Source of the DNA: a virus
Taxonomy: Duplodnaviria > Caudoviricetes
Reading direction: 5' to 3' (one strand)
Virus record (IMG/VR): IMGVR_UViG_3300024331_000007
Coordinates: 224,001-288,000 of that record
DNA: 64,000 bases
This document shows positions 32,875-44,409 of the stretch, in pieces. Under the pieces are notes generated by a model, which was given only the letters and a program-made list of their open reading frames with translations, searched no databases and was not told the origin of the DNA. How positions within the stretch are numbered: position 1 is the first letter of the stretch; every line of letters begins with the position of its first letter. The position numbers and the translations under genes were made by a program.

Positions 32875-35800
32875 GCGCTCTCCAATTTTGTTACCATATT
32901 ATGAAGGATAGTTCTGGCAGCACGATACCAGCATTGTTCTTCACTGGTAAAACTATATTCAATTGCCTTTTCGCTGGTTGTATTCGGATCAACGTTTTCG
33001 GGAAAAATCATATACCACTCGCCCATTGATTCGGATCGGGTATGGCATTTGCAGTTTGGATAAACTGCTTGGACTATTGCTTTGTGTTCTTCAATATTCA
33101 TTATGACGCTTTCTTACTTCTTCGAAAAATAATCGGTGATCGCGGTTTGTCTTGTGTATTACCTTCAAGCTGATACATGATTTCTTCGTCAATGTGTTGG
33201 CGAATTTCCTTCCAAGTTTTTCGCCAGTCATCGTGACCATCCGTGCGATAGACAATCCCTAAAAGATTGCCTTTAATTTCGTCAGTGGCGTTTGAAACAT
33301 CATACACAGCCATGTTCCTTTCCCACCATCGTTTTATTTCTATTTTTGTGTACATGTTGCGAATGTATCGTTCATTCTCATCCATGTCTCCATCACCAAA
33401 CCAACCACCATCTTCAAAAATTGCCATTAGCTCTCCAATTCTTCCAGCATATCTTTACGCAATGTTCTGGCGGCACTTCTCCATGCAACAGTATTCGAAT
33501 ATCCACTATAGCCCAAAACCTTTAGTCCGATTGGATCAGCGTATATCACGTATTTGACTCTTTCAACTTTGTTGTCTTCGTCACAGAATGCTTTTTTATA
33601 CACACTCCTGACGAATGATTTATTTGTCATGATTTTAAATGTGCCAGCATCTTGCGTCCCATATCAACAACGGCATCTTTCCATGCAAGATGTGGAGTTG
33701 GCCCCCACCCCATTATATTCCTGATTCCCTTTCTGCTTGTTTGAACATATACAACGTACTTATCAAACAGAATGTTATCATTCTTGCCTTTCAACTCACA
33801 TACTGCTGAGGGATAGACATTCAAATATTTGTCTTTATATGTCATTCTTTTTCCAGAATCGATACCATTTTCTTTCCAATTGCTTCAGCGGCCATGTCCC
33901 ATGCTTTTTCTTCGCTCTCCATATCGTACCCGATCATGTTTGGCGCTAATCCACCAAAATCATAGATCAAATAATACGAACCAGACGGAGATGGAATTTC
34001 TCGGCATTCCGCCTGTGGGCAAGCACCCATCACTACTTTTTTGTTTTTCATTTTTCAAACCTTTCCAACATTGAATTTTTGATTTTATCCGCAGCGTACT
34101 TCCAAACTCTTTTCGGTGGTCCCGGTATCAACTGATTAGATATAACTGAATCGCCGTTCCTTATGTAATACAATTGGTTTAATTTCGCATGGTATCCAGA
34201 AGCCCCAAAGGTTGTTATTGCAAGTCTAGCCTTTGGATATATGCTCAGCACCAATTCCTTATTAGTCACTGTTACCCTCTAACTTTCTGAGCATTGTCAG
34301 TTGAATAGTTTCCCATGATGTTTTCCAAGCATCTCTGCTGGATGTTCCATAACCCAATAGTTGATGCATCCGTGTTCCGTTTTTGCCCATCCACGTATAA
34401 TACACTCTCCACTGCCGTTTATCACCAACTACTTGTTTGCATGTGGAATTTGGATGAACTCGCAGTACATAATCTCTTGCTGTCATGCAGCCTCTAACTG
34501 TGAAAGCATTTTTTGCCTGAATGTTTCAGCAACCTGTTTCCATGCATCTTCTTCGCTCATATAACTGTGACCAACAATGTATTCGCGATTGTGACCATCC
34601 ATTGCATAAATCACATACATGGATTCGGCGTCTGTATACTCTTGGAGCATACATATCGCAGTGGGTAATACGGATTGAACAAACTTTTTCTCACTCATCT
34701 GGTTAACTCTCTTAACATCAATTCCTGAATAACTTTTGCTGCGCTATACCAAGCCTCTTCCTCTGTTCTTCCCATTCCAATCAAATCAGTTCGTGCGCCT
34801 TCTATTGTTCGACCCAATTCGTATATTCCAAATCCTCTTCCACCAACATACACTCGACCAAAGATTGCGTCGGCAAATGGAAACGTTGCATGAACAACAG
34901 CCATATCATCTACCATTCTAGTTTCTTCATCATTTTTCTTGTAATAACATTCCATGCATTTTCCCATGCTTTCGGTTGAGATTTTGTGCTGTATCCGATC
35001 CACACTTTCCCAAATTCATCTCCATAAATTTGGTAATGGACTGTATTGTCATCGAATGTCAATTTCATGCATCCAGCGTCGGGATATACCGCAACAACAT
35101 TCTGTTGACTATCAGTATTTAATCCAGCCATTTTTTCAATAGTTGCTGGGGTTCTGTGATTCACGATTCTAACGTCTCCATCATTCTCTTTGTAATCTCA
35201 TTTGCAGCATCCTGCCATGCTTCCTTCGGAGTGCTTCCTGTTCCTAAAAGGCGCTTGTATGATGATTTTGTTCCTTTGGGTTGGCGTCGAATGAATACAC
35301 CAAAATAAATACGACCACTGGTGCTCTCGCCCTGATATAGGTAAGCTTCGGGATAAATTGATAGCACATGTGGTTTGGCTTTCATTGTTCCAGTTTCTGC
35401 ACCATTCTTTTGCAAATTCTATTTGCAGCCTGTTCCCATACAGCTTCTTCAGATTCATAGCTAATCGCCAGATACTCCGTTCCGATCCAAACCCCAAAGA
35501 ATCCTTCAAGGCTTTGATCTGTCACAAGTCTTACGTTTGGGTATGCTGCTTTTACTATGTCTTTATTCATCAATTCTCCAACTTTCTCATCATCATGCGA
35601 TTTATATCAATCGCTGCATCCTTCCACGCTTCACTTCTTGATGAATGCCATTCGTTTGATATCGGCCTGCCAGTTGAAAGATCAAAAATTGCAAAGAATG
35701 TTTTAGGCGAAAGAACAGTTGTTTCACTGGTAACACATTTTGCTTCTGGATAAACTGTTAATACCAATTTTCTGTTTTTCACGATGCAAGTGTCCTGAGT

Positions 35801-37488
35801 ATTTCGTAGTTCAAATTATCCGCTGCTGCTTGCCACGCCATTTCTTTTGTGGTTGACTTTCGCATATTACGCCAGCACATTGAAAGGTTTGTCCCATCAC
35901 TTGTGCGAACAAACCACTGTTTACTGACACGAACGCTCTGAATGCATTTAGCATCTGGGTACAATGACAACACGAATTTTTGTTCTGGTATCATCCTTCT
36001 AATTTCTTCAAAAATTGTTTTTGAACCATATCGTAGCTCTTTTGCCATGCTAGGCTTTCCTGTTTGTCGTCCGAATCAAGGTAGTATCTGTCGCCATGCT
36101 CATAATAACAAATGATTACAAATGAATCAGTTACTGATGGTTTTAAAAACCATACAGCCTGTGCCGTTGGATACATCTTCAATAAAGAACGTTTTGCGTT
36201 TTTCATGCTTCCAGCTTTTCCAATGCCAGTCTTCCAAGTTCATTTCGAGCAAATTCCCACGCTGTGTTAGGTTTCAATGATGGACCGCCCATCATTGTAG
36301 GGAATCGAGTAGGCAGAGCCACATAGTAAAAGAATCTTTGACCACCAAAAGACTTTACTTTTCTGAGTTTGGCTTCTGGAAAACTCTGTAGAACTATTTG
36401 TCTTGCTGTCATTACGACTCCAGTTTCTTAACCATCTTTTTTCCAATCCCCGCAGCCGCATCTTTCCATGCTCCAGCACGAGATGTCTGATGATAACCAA
36501 GAATTTGCATGTTCTTGTTCTCATCAATGTAAGATATCATAAATCCTTTGCCATTATTGAATATCGGACGACAATGAGCATTCTTGTATGAGGCGCGGGC
36601 TACGTTTCGTTCAGCTACCGCCTGTACTTCGTTTTTCGTCGTTGTCATCAATTCTCCAACTTTAATAAGAAGTCATTCTTTATTTCTTCTGCTGCTGTCA
36701 TCCACGCATCAGGTTCATTTATGAAACTGCTTCCGACCGTGTCAAGAATATCAGTGGTTCTGCTATTCTGAAACACCGTAAACGAACCCCACAGATACTT
36801 ACATACTGCATTTGGATAAACACCAAGAACTACATTTCTAGCCTCGATAAAATCGTTGTAATAGCTCATGATTCCAACTTCTTCAATAATTTTTGGCCCA
36901 TAACCTGTTTAGCCCAATACACAGAATTTCTCCAAGCCAATATTTCATTTTTTTGACTTGCTCCCAGATTGTCAATTTGAGTTCCATAATCAAAATATAT
37001 GATATACCACCGCGTTGTTTTCCCGCGATATGTATTATTAACTGCTACACATCTGGCACTTGGAAAATGTAGTTTGACAAATTTTTCGGCCCTAGTCATG
37101 CATCAAAAACCTTTCAGGATTGAGCGAAAGATGGATCGAAGCACTGCACCGTTTGACGGGAGTTTATGGAAATTGTGAAAATTGTGAAAGTCATTTGGAT
37201 CAAATTCAACAAAATGCTCGTATGTAGTTTTCCCATGTACTTGTCTGAGAATCCTCTTTCCGTCCATTGTTATTTTCTGCATGGTTTCAACAGTTGTCAT
37301 CTGATTCCAAACCCTTTCAGTATCGAACGACCAATTGCCAGTAAAACTTTTCCAGAAGATGGTATTACTTCAAAACATGTTATCGTAGCCTTATGTTTGC
37401 CTTTTTGAACTGTGTAAAACTGAGACACCTTATAGGTGTCTGCCATTGCCAATGGAAAAAGTTCTTTGACTCTTTGTTCGTTCGTCAT
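32871..37488 (-). repeat. family-A paralogue array, left arm part 2 (about 20 genes)
   Basis: 32871-33101, 33101-33427, 33427-33630, 33627-33845, 33842-34051, 34048-34269, 34262-34486, 34483-34698, 34695-34913, 34910-35164, 35161-35385, 35382-35573, 35570-35782, 35779-35994, 35991-36206, 36203-36412, 36412-36651, 36648-36869, 36866-37099, and a divergent member ending at 37297. Confidence 0.9.
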
Positions 37489-37597
37489 TTTGAAATCAAA
37501 CCCTTCCAAATCACATTCAAAAGAACAGTCAACACTTTCTTGCGCGATGCTACAGGTGGGACGTATGGATTATACACTCCACCGTCCCACATTTCTC

Positions 37598-38803
37598 TCA
37601 CTTCACACCCCGAAGCAAGATGCTGTCTCCGTTGATTGCTTCGCGAAGCGGAGTAGCAACGGCCTTGATTCCATTGAACCACTTGACGGCACCCGGCTTG
37701 CCATAGTTGGAAAATTCCTTCAACTGTTCGGCTGGCTTACGCAGAGTTTTTTGCACACTCTTTGTAGGATCGATGTTCGTCAAACGAGTGCTTTTGACTT
37801 CAAAAGACATTCCATTCAACGCAACATAGTGTCCTAATTTCCGAAGGCGAGTATTGTAAACCCACAATTCAGAGCATTTCAAAACTTGCGTTGCGTCAAT
37901 GCTCGTCAACTTCAATTCCTTGTACTCACGAAGAAACTTGAGTTTCGAAACAATCTTCGAGGGTGGTTTTGGTTTGCGCTGGCGAGTCTTATGCATGCTC
38001 TGCTTTTGATGACTGAACACGCTAATCTCGCTGATTGCTGTTTCCCACCATTCGATGGCCGCTTTCATCTTGCGCTTTCCTACGTGTTCATAGGACTCAG
38101 CAATTTGTGCATCTTTTCCAGCAAGTGCAGTTTTGTACTCGCTCAAATACTTCTGACAATAGTCAATCAAATCCTTTGAGCGATTCGCGGGAATTGTTGT
38201 TTCAGGGTCTTTCAGAATAGAGGAAACGGAAGGCGCTTTCTTCGCGGTTGAATAATCCGCTCCCACGAATTGATCGAATGCGTAATCCACTTCACCGCAA
38301 ACTTTACGAATCCGCGCTCTGAGATGATCCTGAATGTTTGGTTTTGATGTACTTCCTGCTTCCTTCTCTTCAATCTGCTTTTGATTAGTAAGACATTCCT
38401 TGATGAACTTCACGATGAAACGGCGTTCACGAAAACGCAGGAACAGTCCGACATGTGCCATACGCAAAACCTTGGCGACGGTAACAGAAAAAGTCAGTGT
38501 GGAATTTTTGATGGCAATAAGAAGTTCAGGAAAATGACCGCTCAAACCCAATGCGGAAAGTCCAAGTGCAATCAGTTCCTTATCTTCCTGAGTCTGTGCG
38601 TACCAGTTCAAGGCTGCGCTTAATTGTTTGTCATACTCAGTGCGAGTCCATGCCTTTTGAACATCGATAGAAGGCCACGTTGGTTCTGTTTCTCCAATGT
38701 ATTTCGCTCCCTCGCGTTTGAAATGCAAGGTACGAATGGGCTTCAAAGCCGCTGGCTGAAAAGAGCGTACAGGTCTGGAAGGCGTTTTTGCGCTGTTCTT
38801 CAT
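37598..38803 (-). CDS. 401 aa hypothetical phage protein, probably early and leaderless
   Basis: Long ORF; basic C-terminal ELWVYNTRLRKLGHY...VQKTLRKP region; promoter ends 6 nt before the ATG. Confidence 0.7.
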   Translation of the reverse strand: MKNSAKTPSRPVRSFQPAALKPIRTLHFKREGAKYIGETEPTWPSIDVQKAWTRTEYDKQLSAALNWYAQTQEDKELIALGLSALGLSGHFPELLIAIKNSTLTFSVTVAKVLRMAHVGLFLRFRERRFIVKFIKECLTNQKQIEEKEAGSTSKPNIQDHLRARIRKVCGEVDYAFDQFVGADYSTAKKAPSVSSILKDPETTIPANRSKDLIDYCQKYLSEYKTALAGKDAQIAESYEHVGKRKMKAAIEWWETAISEISVFSHQKQSMHKTRQRKPKPPSKIVSKLKFLREYKELKLTSIDATQVLKCSELWVYNTRLRKLGHYVALNGMSFEVKSTRLTNIDPTKSVQKTLRKPAEQLKEFSNYGKPGAVKWFNGIKAVATPLREAINGDSILLRGVK

Positions 38804-38809
38804 GTGCCT

Positions 38810-38838
38810 ATGATACCGAAGTTTAGAGCAAAAGTCAA
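38810..38838 (-). promoter_or_regulatory. sigma70-type promoter driving the left arm
   Basis: TTGACT-17nt-TATCAT-aggcac-ATG. Confidence 0.7.
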
Positions 38839-38899
38839 CGCAATCCGTAAAACCAGTGAAATCATATGCTTATTTGGCAAAATAAAATAAACTTTTTGG

Positions 38900-38950
38900 T
38901 TGCAATTCTGACCAAACTTTGCTATTCTATATAAGTAGTCGAGAGGGAGA
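38900..38950 (+). promoter_or_regulatory. early promoter cassette, copy 1
   Basis: TTGCAA-17nt-TATTCT-ATATAAGTAGTCGAGAGGGAG. Confidence 0.75.
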
Positions 38951-38954
38951 AACG

Positions 38955-39272
38955 ATGAGACGGAGAGTACACACAATTGAAACCCTTCGGATGCAAGGCA
39001 AACTAAACAAAGACTTTGCAAAAACCACTCCCGACCATGCCACGGACGGAACGAAAGCCTATGATGTGATTGGCATTTCAGGTGATCATTGGCAGGTTCA
39101 CAAGCACGGATGCAGCGCAACGTTCTCCAAGCCGGGTCAAGTTTTGACTGCTGATCTTGTTTGGTCCGCAAAGACAACCGATATACCCGCGCAAGTTATT
39201 GATTCTGAACTTCTTGACATGGGTTTTGACTACACTTGCGTAGTTTTCCACAATTGCACAAAGAAATATTAA
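38955..39272 (+). CDS. early hypothetical protein
   Basis: ATG 38955 after GGGAG SD. Confidence 0.6.
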   Translation: MRRRVHTIETLRMQGKLNKDFAKTTPDHATDGTKAYDVIGISGDHWQVHKHGCSATFSKPGQVLTADLVWSAKTTDIPAQVIDSELLDMGFDYTCVVFHNCTKKY

Positions 39273-39281
39273 ACTTTTTGG

Positions 39282-39332
39282 TTGACTTTGCCGCCAAAGT
39301 TTGATATTCTATATGGGTAGTCGAGAAGGAGC
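39282..39332 (+). promoter_or_regulatory. early promoter cassette, copy 2
   Basis: TTGACT-17nt-TATTCT-ATATGGGTAGTCGAGAAGGAG. Confidence 0.75.
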
Positions 39333-39335
39333 CAC

Positions 39336-39855
39336 ATGAGCTACAAAGCAGCGATTAAGGTCGGTCTCGGAAACGAACGTAGCTACAACTCTCTGCGCTT
39401 TGCAACTCCCGAAGAAGCAACGGCCTATGCGAAGAATTTGTTCTCTCGCTGGATGCTCATGACTGGTTTTGAAGTCGAACCCTCTGAGGATGCCGTGAAC
39501 TATGTGTGGGAAAACAATGTACTTACGGCAATTGCCGTTACAAACCCACCGATCAGTGTATAACCAATCTCAATATTCGGGAGAACAAACGATGCGCCCA
39601 CTCAAGTTTGAAGGTGTTGCTGAAGTTGGAGACAAGATTCGCGCCTATGATTTTGAACCTATGGAGGGGCGTCCTGACCGCTATATCGAGGGCGTCGTTC
39701 GTGAAGTTGTTCAATGGGTTCGCGCTGGTGGATACAAAGCATATGACATTGTTCTGACATATGACAGCATGGGCGGAAGGCCAATAGGCACAGCAATTTA
39801 CGTTCCAATGGAAATTGGAATGGACTTCGACATTCGAGTTCAGAAAATCAGTTAA
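39336..39855 (+). CDS. two early hypothetical proteins: 39336-39563 and about 39592-39855
   Basis: ORF track, SD-preceded ATGs downstream of the promoter. Confidence 0.6.
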
Positions 39856-39903
39856 CCCCTTTGTTTCTGCACGAAAAAATGTCAGTATTTTCGCATAATT
39901 TGC

Positions 39904-39954
39904 TTGCATTCATGACCAAACTTTGATATTCTATATGAGTAGTCGAGAGGGAGA
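39904..39954 (+). promoter_or_regulatory. early promoter cassette, copy 3
   Basis: TTGCAT-17nt-TATTCT-ATATGAGTAGTCGAGAGGGAG. Confidence 0.75.
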
Positions 39955-39958
39955 CACA

Positions 39959-40598
39959 ATGATTGCAAACGCGAAAGTTTCTCAGAGGCTTGAAGGTTTC
40001 GTAGCAAAAGTACAGGCCGAAACACTTGCGTATTACGCCAAAAAGTTCCCTACGCTCATTCCTTCGATCATCGAAGTTGAAGAGGGCAGCAAGTTCTATC
40101 GCATCGTAAAAGCAGAGCGTGGTACACGTAGCGTTCACTCGTTTGTGTCCAAGGCGAACGGCGACATTTTCAAGGCTGCTGGTTGGAAGGCACCCGCGAA
40201 GCATGTTCGTGGCAACATCTTTGCCGCTGATTACGGCTGGTCTTCAATGAATGTGTATGGCGCGAAATATCTCCGCTAAACAATTTGTGTATGTCAACCG
40301 ATAGCAAAGGATTGAAGCAATGACTGATCTATTTTCGGCAACGATCAAGCAATACATCTACGGAACATCAGGAACTGAACTTCCGCCGCCTGTTGAAAAA
40401 GTAAAGTCAACGACATTTTTATCTTTGCCAACTGAGACGAAAGAAGAATTCGAGCGCAAAGTCCAAGAATACGGCATGGCACTGCGCATCAAAGCTGCCA
40501 ATGTTACTCCACGGCCATATAGTCAACGAGATGGAATTGATTGGTCTATATCATGTATTGAACCTCGACCTTATGATTTTGATAGCAACGCGGAGTAA
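39959..40598 (+). CDS. two early hypothetical proteins: 39959-40279, 40320-40598
   Basis: The first carries SVHSFV...GDIFKAAGWKAPAKHVRG, a motif I associate with phage hypotheticals. Confidence 0.6.
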
Positions 40599-41163
40599 TC
40601 GTTTATGTCTCAGCATAGCTCCGCTAAACAATTTGTGCAATCCCTTTACCCATCTGCGATATGCAAGTGGGTAAAGGTGCTTCCGAATGAGTTTGTGATT
40701 ACCGTTTCGTTTGCTGAATGGAACGGCTTTGAAAGTCGCCAATATAAAACAGTTGAATTGGAATGGGCAACAACTGCGATTGGCGCATGGTGCGCAATGC
40801 GCGAACTAATCAATGCGAAGATTATGGAGAAACTAAACTCGTGATCGACAAAAAGATTCGCCCACTGCCGAAAAGACTTTCGAAGTTTCAAAGGATTGTT
40901 CTGGCGTCGTATCCAAACGCCCGAATCGGAAGTGCCGATGCTGTCAAGGAAACAATGAAACCTTATTGGGATCGCAAGTCTGGATTTGAGATGTTTGACA
41001 GCTTTGGTAAAACTTCGAAGTGGGCAATTTATACAGAGCCAGAAAGTGATCGAATTACAATCTTAGTTAACGTGATTGGCGTGAGTTCTAGCTCACAATC
41101 GAAGGCATGGGAAGATGCTTGCAACGTAATGGGCGCATTCATGTTGATGAAATTGGAGAAATA

Positions 41164-41592
41164 ATGGAAAAGTCCGTAATCTCGTCAGAACAAATGGATA
41201 ACTTGTGCTTTGCCAGCTATCAACTATTGCAGGCGATGAGTAATGTTTATGGTTCCGATCCTGCCTATGAAATGTTCCTCAAACTTGAGGAAGTACTAGG
41301 ACCTGAGGTTAAGGGCAATCTATTTTTGAAGATGTTAGACAGCCAATACACAGGTGCTGGCCCTATGCATTTCAAATTTCCAAATGGTCAGTGTGGAAAC
41401 GCCATTCTCATGATTCGAGGCGTCCGTGAATTTTCAGTTGACAAATATGGAAACAAATGGAGTCTGAAGGACGCCAAAGATGTTATCGACACGTCGAGGT
41501 TTGGTGGTATCGGAACAATTCATTTCATAACAGTTGGCGAGCGTAACGAATTTATCAAGCTGTTGAAGTCTAATAACGGCGTGACCATATGA
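41164..41592 (+). CDS. protein with ribosomal L7/L12 C-terminal-like segment
   Basis: AILMIRGVRE...WSLKDAKDVID resembles the L12 CTD pattern KIxxIKxVRExTGxGLKEAKDxVE. Confidence 0.45.
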   Translation: MEKSVISSEQMDNLCFASYQLLQAMSNVYGSDPAYEMFLKLEEVLGPEVKGNLFLKMLDSQYTGAGPMHFKFPNGQCGNAILMIRGVREFSVDKYGNKWSLKDAKDVIDTSRFGGIGTIHFITVGERNEFIKLLKSNNGVTI

Positions 41593-42027
41593 GTCCGAAC
41601 GAAACAATTGTGAAGGCAGTCTATCCGAATGCAGAAATTCGGGAAGTAGCATCTGGAGTTTATCGAGTCTTTACGCAGCCAAGCGGATTTTCTAAAGATG
41701 GAGATTTGACTTTTAGCATTGGGCATTCTCTCGGCGCTTCATGTTTCACAGATACAGAAGACAAATGGAAGAATGCGGCAGATTCGATCAATTTCAAAAT
41801 GATGAGGGAACTTGAATTATGACACCAAAGCAAACAATTCAGCAAGTTTATCCACACGTAAATTGCCACAAAATAACATGGGCAATTGGATCGAACCTTC
41901 CCAGATTTCAAGTTTATGTAAATGGAATCTCAACTTCATTTGGAGTAACTCGTTACGCAGCATGGAAGGAAGCATTGGTTTGGTATAATAACGCCATTCA
42001 AAAACGGCTGCTGAGAAAGCTGGAATC

Positions 42028-42273
42028 ATGAAAGAATATCTTCGTAATCACAATAATGTAACGATGTTTCTGAGTACGTGGGTTTCGTTTCCAATTTGTA
42101 TTCTTTTGGTTCATAACATGACCATTCCAGTAATGCCGTGGCATCTTTGTTTCAAGCTCGTTTTTCCAATGCTGGGATTTTGCTCAGTTGTATTTTTTCT
42201 GTTGGGTTGGATGACTGACGGAATGAATAGGCAGACCTTAAAGGAAGAATTTTTGCGGAAACTGGAATCGTAA
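42028..42273 (+). CDS. two-TM membrane protein carrying the array tail
   Basis: Hydrophobic helices followed by LKEEFLRKLES. Confidence 0.65.
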   Translation: MKEYLRNHNNVTMFLSTWVSFPICILLVHNMTIPVMPWHLCFKLVFPMLGFCSVVFFLLGWMTDGMNRQTLKEEFLRKLES

Positions 42274-43771
42274 TGTACAAAACAGAAAAATTCGTGAAGT
42301 CTGTTTTTCCAACTTCCAAAGCGTGTCCTTTATATGGAGGGACCTCGTTCATGATCGACGGATTTCCAGAAGGTTCAGGAATGAAACGATGGGACACATG
42401 GCATGAAACTGAACGAAAATCATGGAATGATGCAGCTAGACAGATACACAGAAATATGTTGAAGAAACTGGAGAATGCGTGAGCAAGGCTCAAAAATTCG
42501 TGAAGTCTCTTTATCCCGATGCGTACCTGCTAGAAACGCTATCACCTGTTGGCAATCATCGGTATCAGGTAGTGTACGATATTACTGGAACCTTTATGCC
42601 AACATGGTATTGGGCTAAAAAGAATGATGCATGGAAACAGGCTGAGTTAAGAATAAATCAGAGACTCATGGAGAAGCTAGAATCGTGAGAGCAAGGGATC
42701 AAGTTTTGGCGAGGTATCCAGATGCTGTGGTGTTCAAATCATCCGCCACCTGTATGTGGGAACTGTACTCAAAATTGAGAGCCAAACATTGCTTCAACGG
42801 ATTTATTGTTTGGGGATGTATGACTAAAGGATCGGCGTGGCAAGAAGGACTAGACTATCTTGACCGCGAACTTTTGAAGAAGTTGGAATCATGACAGATA
42901 AAGAATTTGTTCAAACCACATATCCCGATGCTGTAATGAGAACTAAAGATTTCTTTGGTCTTAACAAATTAGGCACTGACGAAAACATCTACGCAATTTT
43001 TCGCGGGGATCGAAAGAAAGCCAAACGAAACCATGCAATAACAATGTTCTGGACTAAGACGGAAGACGATGCATGGAAGCAAGCAGCCGCTTACCTACGA
43101 CAACAATTTTTGAAGAAGTTGGAATCATGACTGATAAGCAGTTTGTACTCTCAATCCACGACGACGCATTTGCATCTGAGAGCAATATTTCGGGCTTCAT
43201 AGTAATCTATGACGATAACCTGCAATTCCACCAACTCAGTCAATACTGGATCATTGAAGAGGATGCGTGGAAGGATGCAGCAGATCGACTGAGGGAAAGA
43301 TTTCTGGAAAAATTGGAAAGCCAATGACAGATAAGCAATTTGTAAAATCAGTTTGTCCGACTGCCCATCTGCGTAATACGCAGAAAAGTAAAACTGTTTT
43401 TTGGTATATTGACACTCGCCTAAAAGGTGCTTACTGGCCTAAAAAAATCTCAGGAGAGTTTATTATCAAGGGCGATGCGTGGAAACATGCAGCAGAAAGA
43501 CTTCGTATGGACATGTTAAGGAAACTTGAATCATGACGGAGGAAGCTGAACTCGCAAAACAGTTTGTGCTATCCATTTATGCTGGAGCTAAATTTGTGCG
43601 AAGAGAGGAGATGCCCAACATAGATGCATTCGCACCAACACCCGACGATTGCCAAATTATGGATGCGGATAGGCGTCATTCTTTAGCTATGAAATGGTCC
43701 TACAATGAAAATGATGCTTGGATTGACGCCCGAAATTTTATCAACTTCAAAATGATGCAGAGGTTGGAATC

Positions 43772-43998
43772 ATGAATCCGTTCGAAGCAGTTGATTACGT
43801 CCGAGGAATATATCCGTTTGCTTATTGCAAGGAAACCTTTTCCTATGGGAAAAGGGGTTTCGTTATTATGGACGCGGAACGCGGCTCAGGTCATGACGAA
43901 GAATTTTTAACTGGATGGAGCTATACCACAAGAGAACAGGCGTGGGTGAAGCTGTGAGATACATTCATCTCAACATGCTTAGGAAGTTTGAATCATGA
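43772..43998 (+). pseudogene. family-A member with a 1-nt deletion after the AW motif
   Basis: QAW-[GT]-EAVRYIHLNMLRKFES: only 2 nt lie between TGG and GAA, giving a premature TGA at 43955-43957. Confidence 0.75.
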
Positions 43999-44409
43999 CT
44001 GACAAGGAGTTTGTTATATCAGCTTATCCCAATGCCGAATGCGATGACAGTCGGCTATTATTTGACCGTAATGGCGTTTTCATGTATGCAATTTATTTGG
44101 CGGGTAGCAAACCTCGTTCAAGTATTTCGGCAATGTGGGCGGAATCCGAAGAACAGGCATGGAAGGAGGCAGCGGACATTATCAGATATGATCTTCTGAG
44201 GAAGTTTGAGTCATGAACGAAGACATGGAATTTGTAAAACGATTGTATCCAACCGCAGTGTATGATTCTCATGCATTTTGGGTTTGTGCGGACACAATTG
44301 AGGCTGGTAAGAAACGCACATATATTTTAGGTATCGGTGGAAATGCAAAGAATGGTTGGACCCATGCAGCGCAACACCTTCGTAATAGGGTGTTGCGCCA
44401 ATTTGAAAG

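Noticed and set aside
37103-37682. FHNFHNFH 9-nt microrepeat and three successive ORFs ending in KG[FL] variants
   Set aside because: Too short and degenerate to support a function; probably decayed array ends.
21853-43536. Track starts that extend family-A genes upstream into the previous gene (ATG formed by GCA-TGG of the AW motif)
   Set aside because: The ATG is a by-product of Ala-Trp codons. An open stretch of 15-20 codons in a minority of members is plausible by chance, and the conserved N-terminus begins at the junction.
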